DNA from: Candidatus Saccharimonadales bacterium
GTDB lineage: Bacteria; Patescibacteriota; Saccharimonadia; UBA4664; SCTI01
DNA: 64,000 nt
Reading direction: 5' to 3'
Assembly (NCBI GenBank): GCA_035479795.1
Contig: DATIII010000001.1
Span: 7,087-71,086, forward strand
The notes under the pieces are model-generated. The model had not been told where the DNA came from. It made no database searches and saw nothing but the letters and a program-made list of their open reading frames with translations. Position numbers and translations under genes: made by a program. Position 1 is the first letter of the stretch; each line of letters opens with the position of its first letter. Shown in pieces: positions 59,521 through 64,000 of this stretch.

Positions 59521-59820
59521 TCAGGCCGAAACCGGACCGAAGTAGGAGATGAACAGCACATTGCACTGGGCGCTGATGGCCAGGTCGCACAGGAACAGAT
59601 CCCATTCGTCGTCCAGGTCCTCGCGCTTGTCGAGCAGTTGGTCGCGGCGCTCGGCGGCTTCACCCATCAGCATCTGGACACAGTCCGGCCAGGGCAGATC
59701 CCGCAACGACTGGATGTCACCCGACTGCACCTTGGTCGGTTCTGGACGATGGAACCTACTCGTGTCATCCGTCCCCTCATCGGTGCTCGGATCACGTACT
59801 GGATGCGTAACTGCGGGCAT
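59521..59820 (-). CDS. Hypothetical protein (99 aa), acidic; island gene 2.
   Basis: ATG at 59820 preceded by AGAGGAGAGAT. The longer track ORF is rejected. GC-rich. Confidence 0.45.
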   Translation of the reverse strand: MPAVTHPVRDPSTDEGTDDTSRFHRPEPTKVQSGDIQSLRDLPWPDCVQMLMGEAAERRDQLLDKREDLDDEWDLFLCDLAISAQCNVLFISYFGPVSA

Positions 59821-60017
59821 ATCTCTCCTCTTGGTGGGTCGATGTTCTGGGCGACAATGTTCGGACAAACCGATCATCGCGCTCTTCGGTGTCCTGCATT
59901 CTGGCCGAAACGGGGATGGAGGCCACCAGCAGCGCCGTTTGCACAGCATTGCCAGCCTGCGTACCCATCCACACTCCAGCCTTCAGCCAACCCTTGGCAG
60001 CTTCTACAACCATGGTT

Positions 60018-60539
60018 CTACCTCGAGACGAGCTTGAGGCCGGCTGTCTCCTGGCCAGTGCGAACAAATCGCGCCTGGCTGCCGATGCGCGTCAGCGGAG
60101 CCAGCCCTGGGATTGGGCGGTCGGCCAGACTGTCCGGCATCAGCGGTACCCAGAAGCGATCGGCGTACTGGCCGTCCTTCTGAGCCAGCGCTTCATGCAC
60201 CGGTTCGAGCTGGATGCAGACGGTTGGCCGCAAGGGGTCAAATGCCACCTTGTCGTCGCGAGTTGTGGCGTCGTGTCGCCAAGGCAGTACCTGGGCGTAA
60301 GGCTCTTCGCACAGCGCAAAGTCGCCTTCCTCAGTCTCGATGTAGGGCAGCCAGGTAGGCCAGGGTCGCTTGGACCCAGCCATGCCGCGGTCGAGTCTTT
60401 CGACCGTCCGGCGCACCAAATTGGCCGCCTCGATCATCATCACTCCACCCGGGAGCATGCCCAGCATTAGCTTGGGCAGCCCACCGGAACTTTCCTGACG
60501 CGCCAGTTCCACATAGGAACCACCGATCAAATCCAGCAT
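60018..60539 (-). CDS. Hypothetical protein (173 aa); island gene 1.
   Basis: ATG at 60539 preceded by AAAGAGGAGAGA, almost the same SD 10-mer as the downstream gene. GC-rich. Confidence 0.5.
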   Translation of the reverse strand: MLDLIGGSYVELARQESSGGLPKLMLGMLPGGVMMIEAANLVRRTVERLDRGMAGSKRPWPTWLPYIETEEGDFALCEEPYAQVLPWRHDATTRDDKVAFDPLRPTVCIQLEPVHEALAQKDGQYADRFWVPLMPDSLADRPIPGLAPLTRIGSQARFVRTGQETAGLKLVSR

Positions 60540-60822
60540 GTGGCAGTCTCTCCTCTTTCGTTTTACTCCGCCTCTATGAACTCGCCGTGCAGACATCGTG
60601 AATGCAATGAGCCAGAGTAAAGATTTAAATGTGCACGTTGGCCATCTTAACAGTCTGGTCGTAGTCGCTCATCAGCACGCCTACAAAAATGCGCAGACGG
60701 TGCCTGACGTAATTGTTGGATCTGACTATAGGCACTAAAAAAGCGCCTTACCAAGCGCCTAGTTGTATTTGATGCCCTGCGACTAATGAAATGATAACAG
60801 AAATTGACAAAAATAACAAACC

Positions 60823-60840
60823 TTGGCGGAGAGGGTGGGA
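60823..60840. repeat. 18-nt direct repeat of the 3' end of tRNA-Ser(CGA) (TGGCGGAGAGGGTGGGAT on the + strand); att-like scar.
   Basis: Exact 18/18 match to 60941-60958, ~100 bp beyond the tRNA 3' end. Confidence 0.65.
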
Positions 60841-60939
60841 TAGCTACGCATGTCTCCTCGCCTAATCTTGTGCAAGATTAGCACAATCCGGCTTGTCGGC
60901 AACGAACCCAGACGTGGGTTCGAATCGTTGAATAAATCC

Positions 60940-61030
<91 letters not shown>

Positions 61031-61101
61031 GCGTCCGGATTATTCTATCTTAATCCAATCCGTAAAGAAAATTGCCATAAGCGGAATGGGAATGTCATAA
61101 T

Positions 61102-61638
61102 GTGACCAAAGAGGTGCGCATGGAACTGCAAGAAGGCCAGCCAGTAGAAGTGGCCGACAATGGAACTGAAGTAATCCAGCCTGAACACAGCTATTCATGG
61201 CAAGCTTCCGAGTTTATTTTCCATCAGAAAACGAACAGTTGGTATGTCACACTTTGGCTGGTGACCGCGGCAATCTGCCTGGTTCTCGGCTTGCTCGCAC
61301 AGTGGCTGGCTGTAGCCATGGTGGTAGTGATGGCGCTAGCGGTAGTTGTTTACTCGCGCAAAGAGCCACGTACTCTCGGGTATGCGGTGGACGATCATGG
61401 CGTTAGCGTCGAGGGCAAGGTGACTGCTTATAAACTATTCCGCTCATACAGTATTCACCAAGATCTCTCCTGGCAGACCATTGATCTTGAGCCGACCCAA
61501 CGTTTTGTCCCCCGCCTGACCTTGCTTTGTGAGAATGAGAATATTGAGCAGATTGCATCCATTTTGGCCCAGCACCTACCACGCGTTCAGCGTAGTCCTG
61601 ACTTAGTCGAACGGCTGACACGCTACCTAAAATTCTAG
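61102..61638 (+). CDS. Hypothetical membrane protein (two TM helices, ~178 aa); start uncertain (GTG at 61102 or ATG at 61120).
   Basis: ORF plus hydrophobic segment (WYVTLWLVTAAICLVLGLLAQWLAVAMVVVMALAVVVY). Confidence 0.45.
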   Translation: MTKEVRMELQEGQPVEVADNGTEVIQPEHSYSWQASEFIFHQKTNSWYVTLWLVTAAICLVLGLLAQWLAVAMVVVMALAVVVYSRKEPRTLGYAVDDHGVSVEGKVTAYKLFRSYSIHQDLSWQTIDLEPTQRFVPRLTLLCENENIEQIASILAQHLPRVQRSPDLVERLTRYLKF

Positions 61639-61690
61639 ATTTTAACCTGATAATGTGCTAATTTAGCGAGGTTCTTTGAGAACCAATTGT

Positions 61691-61767
61691 GCGCTCGTAG
61701 CTCAGCTGGATAGAGCATCAGCTTGCGGTGCTGGAGGTCGGGGGTTCGAATCCCTCCGAGCGCGCCA
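61691..61767 (+). tRNA. tRNA-Arg (anticodon GCG as read), CCA encoded.
   Basis: Acceptor GCGCTCG/CGAGCGC. D-arm GCTCAGCTGGATAGAGC. Anticodon arm TCAGC-TTGCGGT-GCTGG. T-arm GGGGGTTCGAATCCCTC. Confidence 0.8.
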
Positions 61768-61800
61768 TGTCATTATTGCCCGCAAATTGCGGGCTCTTTA

Positions 61801-61889
<89 letters not shown>

Positions 61890-61909
61890 AATGATAAAAT
61901 CCCAATCAC

Positions 61910-62002
61910 GGAGAGGTACCCAAGTGGCTGAAGGGGCTGGTTTGCTAAACCGGTAGGGGGGCGAAAGTTCCCGCGAGGGTTCGAATCCCTCCCTCTCCGC
62001 CA
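61910..62002 (+). tRNA. tRNA-Ser (anticodon GCT), CCA encoded.
   Basis: Acceptor GGAGAGG/CCTCTCC. Anticodon arm CTGGT-TTGCTAA-ACCGG. Long variable arm. Confidence 0.85.
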
Positions 62003-62026
62003 GCAATTATCGATATAATCATAAGC

Positions 62027-62599
62027 ATGAAGCATTATTTGGCCTGGGCCGCTGTCATTCTGACCTTCGTCGCCTACATCCCATACTTTCGCGACATCTT
62101 AAGGCGCAAAACCCACCCGCATCTTTATAGCTGGAGTATTTGGGGTCTGCTGACGGTAATTATTTTTGCTCTGCAGCTTATCGGTGGTGCCGGGCCGGGA
62201 GCCTTTGTAACATTGATGGCAGGGTCCATGTGCTTTATTGTCATCATACTTTCGCTTAGGTACGGCAAGCGCGATATCACGCTCTCCGATACCATTGTTT
62301 TAATCCTGACCTTAATAACCATCGCACTCTGGTTGGTGGCCAAACAACCGGTAGCCTCGATAATTCTGGCAACTCTGGCCGACCTGCTGGCCTTTGTGCC
62401 TACGGTCCGCAAATCTTGGAACAAACCTAGAAGCGAAACATTGTCTCTATATGCCACCAACGCCGCCCGCTTCGGTATTACCGCCCTGGCCCTAGATACC
62501 TACAGTCTGCTGACGGCTTTGTGGCCGATTGCCTGGGCAGTTGTAAACGGGCTTTTTGCATTAATGCTGGTGTATCGCAGAAGGCGAGTGCGCGGCTAG
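62027..62599 (+). CDS. Integral membrane protein (190 aa, ~6 TM), hypothetical.
   Basis: Hydrophobic throughout. Follows the tRNA cluster. Confidence 0.5.
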   Translation: MKHYLAWAAVILTFVAYIPYFRDILRRKTHPHLYSWSIWGLLTVIIFALQLIGGAGPGAFVTLMAGSMCFIVIILSLRYGKRDITLSDTIVLILTLITIALWLVAKQPVASIILATLADLLAFVPTVRKSWNKPRSETLSLYATNAARFGITALALDTYSLLTALWPIAWAVVNGLFALMLVYRRRRVRG

Positions 62600-63249
62600 T
62601 GTTTGGCGGCCACGGCGGCCCAGACTGACTTAGCCCCAGCGGCTTTTAATTCGGATGTGCAGGCCGCCAAAGTAGCCCCGGTAGTCACAACATCATCAAT
62701 AATAAGTACTCTTTGGTCATTTAATGGCTTGCGATAGGTAAAAACTCCTCTGGCTTGAGCCAGTCTCTGCTCACGGCTCTTACCCACTTGCTGGATATTG
62801 GCGGCCCGACGCAACAAAGGGCGGTAGGGGATTTGGCTGGCCGCGGCCACAGCCCGAGCAATCAGTGCACCGTGGTCAAAACCGCGCTGGCGCAAGCGAT
62901 TAGTAGCCGGCGGCACTGAGGTGATGACGTCATACTCGCCGGAAAGTAGAGGAGTGACTAGCTTGGCCAGTGAGCCAGCGGCGGCGCGCAAGTTCTCATA
63001 TTTGAGTTTGGTAATAGCTTGTTTTACCGGACCCTCGTAATGAGATGCGACGAGGACACCGGATAATTTAGATGACGAGCGGCAACTATTACAGGTCCGA
63101 CCATCGCTACTGAGTCGATTACAGCGATAGCAGGTCGGCGTCTTTACAGCCACCGCCCTAGGCAGGCATGTTGCGCAAATTACATCACCTTCGTTGCCAC
63201 AAATAAGGCATTCTAATGGGGCAATTAGGTTAACTAACGAAGCTAGCAT
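62596..63249 (-). CDS. comF: ComF-family protein (competence; N-terminal zinc ribbon plus phosphoribosyltransferase domain).
   Basis: CLICG...CATC zinc ribbon. PRTase motif VLIIDDVVTTGATL. Confidence 0.8.
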   Translation of the reverse strand: MLASLVNLIAPLECLICGNEGDVICATCLPRAVAVKTPTCYRCNRLSSDGRTCNSCRSSSKLSGVLVASHYEGPVKQAITKLKYENLRAAAGSLAKLVTPLLSGEYDVITSVPPATNRLRQRGFDHGALIARAVAAASQIPYRPLLRRAANIQQVGKSREQRLAQARGVFTYRKPLNDQRVLIIDDVVTTGATLAACTSELKAAGAKSVWAAVAAKH

Positions 63250-63366
63250 AAGGCTTTTCTTGATTAAATTCGAAATGTCTGGCTATAATAGGCAAAAGGC
63301 ATTGGGTGTGCAACCGTGGGTGGGTTGAGCCGGGGCCTGGTGAACAATAAACGGAGGTCACTTGGA

Positions 63367-63798
63367 GTGGCAAAGAAGATCCCAACCAACGACGAAAGCG
63401 TTTTGCAAGACGAGTTTCTAAATGATGAAGAGGCCAGCCAAAACTGGCTCGAAGACGACGATCAGGTAGAAGGCCAGCTGGCTGTTGATGTCTACCAGAC
63501 CAAGGATAGTGTGGTTATTAAAGCGCCTATTGCTGGTGTTGACCCTAAAAATCTAGAGGTGGCCATCGCTGAAGATGTGGTGACGATCCGCGGTGAGCGC
63601 GTAGAAGACACGGCCATTGAGCGCGAAGATTATTACGTAATGGAATGCTACTGGGGAGCCTTTAGCCGCTCAATTATCATGCCGGTCAGCGTGAATGCCG
63701 ATAAGGCTGAGGCTAGCCTCAAAAACGGTGTGCTTTCCATCGCCATTCCTAAGGTTATTCAAGACAAGGTTAAGAAGATTAAGGTCGTCGCGACTTAA
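63367..63798 (+). CDS. Hsp20/alpha-crystallin small heat-shock protein.
   Basis: ACD motifs (VDVYQTKDSVVIKAPIAGV...GVLSIAIPK). GTG at 63367 preceded by GGAGG; the track ORF starts further upstream at 63316. Confidence 0.8.
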   Translation: MAKKIPTNDESVLQDEFLNDEEASQNWLEDDDQVEGQLAVDVYQTKDSVVIKAPIAGVDPKNLEVAIAEDVVTIRGERVEDTAIEREDYYVMECYWGAFSRSIIMPVSVNADKAEASLKNGVLSIAIPKVIQDKVKKIKVVAT

Positions 63799-63822
63799 GA
63801 ACACAATCGTTATTCAAAAAGA

Positions 63823-63852
63823 AGCGCCCCTACGGGGCCTTTTTTTTATCTA
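63823..63852 (+). terminator. Rho-independent terminator after the Hsp20 gene (GCGCCCCTACGGGGCCTTTTTTTT).
   Basis: GC stem plus T8. Confidence 0.7.
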
Positions 63853-63900
63853 AAATTGTCATCCTCGAGCGCAGCGAAGGATCTTTCGAGCCAAAGACTC
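63849..63900. repeat. Palindromic dispersed repeat, copy C (GTCATCCTCGAGCGCAGCGAAGGATCTTTCGAGCC...).
   Basis: Core similar to copies at 20653 and 28638; also shares the CTTTCGAGCC motif with the cassette repeats. Confidence 0.5.
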
Positions 63901-64000
63901 CAATGCCATTATCTTCCCAGGCAGCCAGAGCCTGGGGATTCTTTCGTACCTTTTGAATCAGCAAAAGGTACCCCAAACTGACCGCGTAGAAGTTCACAGC

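Overview
64 kb chromosomal window from what looks like a small-genome bacterium, possibly CPR/Patescibacteria-like. That placement is an inference from gene content only: rpsF-ssb-rpsR, recX-recA, ftsK, RNase J, pnp-rpsO, truB, holA, mutM, polA, sigA-dnaG, groES-groEL, a Mur-ligase plus two FemAB genes, tsaD, valS, comF, Hsp20, and seven tRNAs of which four are Ser isoacceptors. Most of the window is conserved housekeeping genes. Several short GC-richer accessory blocks break it up, and their ORFs carry strong AGGAG-type Shine-Dalgarno (SD) sequences.

The most unusual locus is 21.0-22.1 kb, immediately upstream of rpsO. It holds two tandem small-ORF units. Each is bounded by ~18-bp inverted terminal repeats and carries a conserved ~72-bp tail with a GGGGGCTC-GAAA-GAGCCCCC hairpin that also supplies the ORF stop codon. 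It could be an integron/CALIN-like cassette array or mini-element-borne passenger genes. No integrase is present in the window.

Other notable observations:
- An 18-nt direct repeat of the tRNA-Ser(CGA) 3' end sits 100 bp from that tRNA, next to a GC-rich two-gene block, and looks like the scar of an integrative element.
- A tRNA cluster contains aberrant tRNA-like sequences.
- A 760-nt non-coding stretch downstream of groEL carries a perfect 11-bp stem.
- There are tandem paralogous CxxC mini-proteins.
- A secreted SLT-like lytic transglycosylase sits next to a P-loop kinase-like gene.
- One block encodes a PD-(D/E)XK/Zn-ribbon protein, a TfoX-N protein and a His-rich protein.
- A dispersed palindromic repeat (GTCATYCTGAGCGAAGTCGAAGRATC) occurs three times.
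- A GGATTCAGG-like motif recurs in intergenic regions.

All calls come from reading the sequence and the ORF translations; no searches were run.
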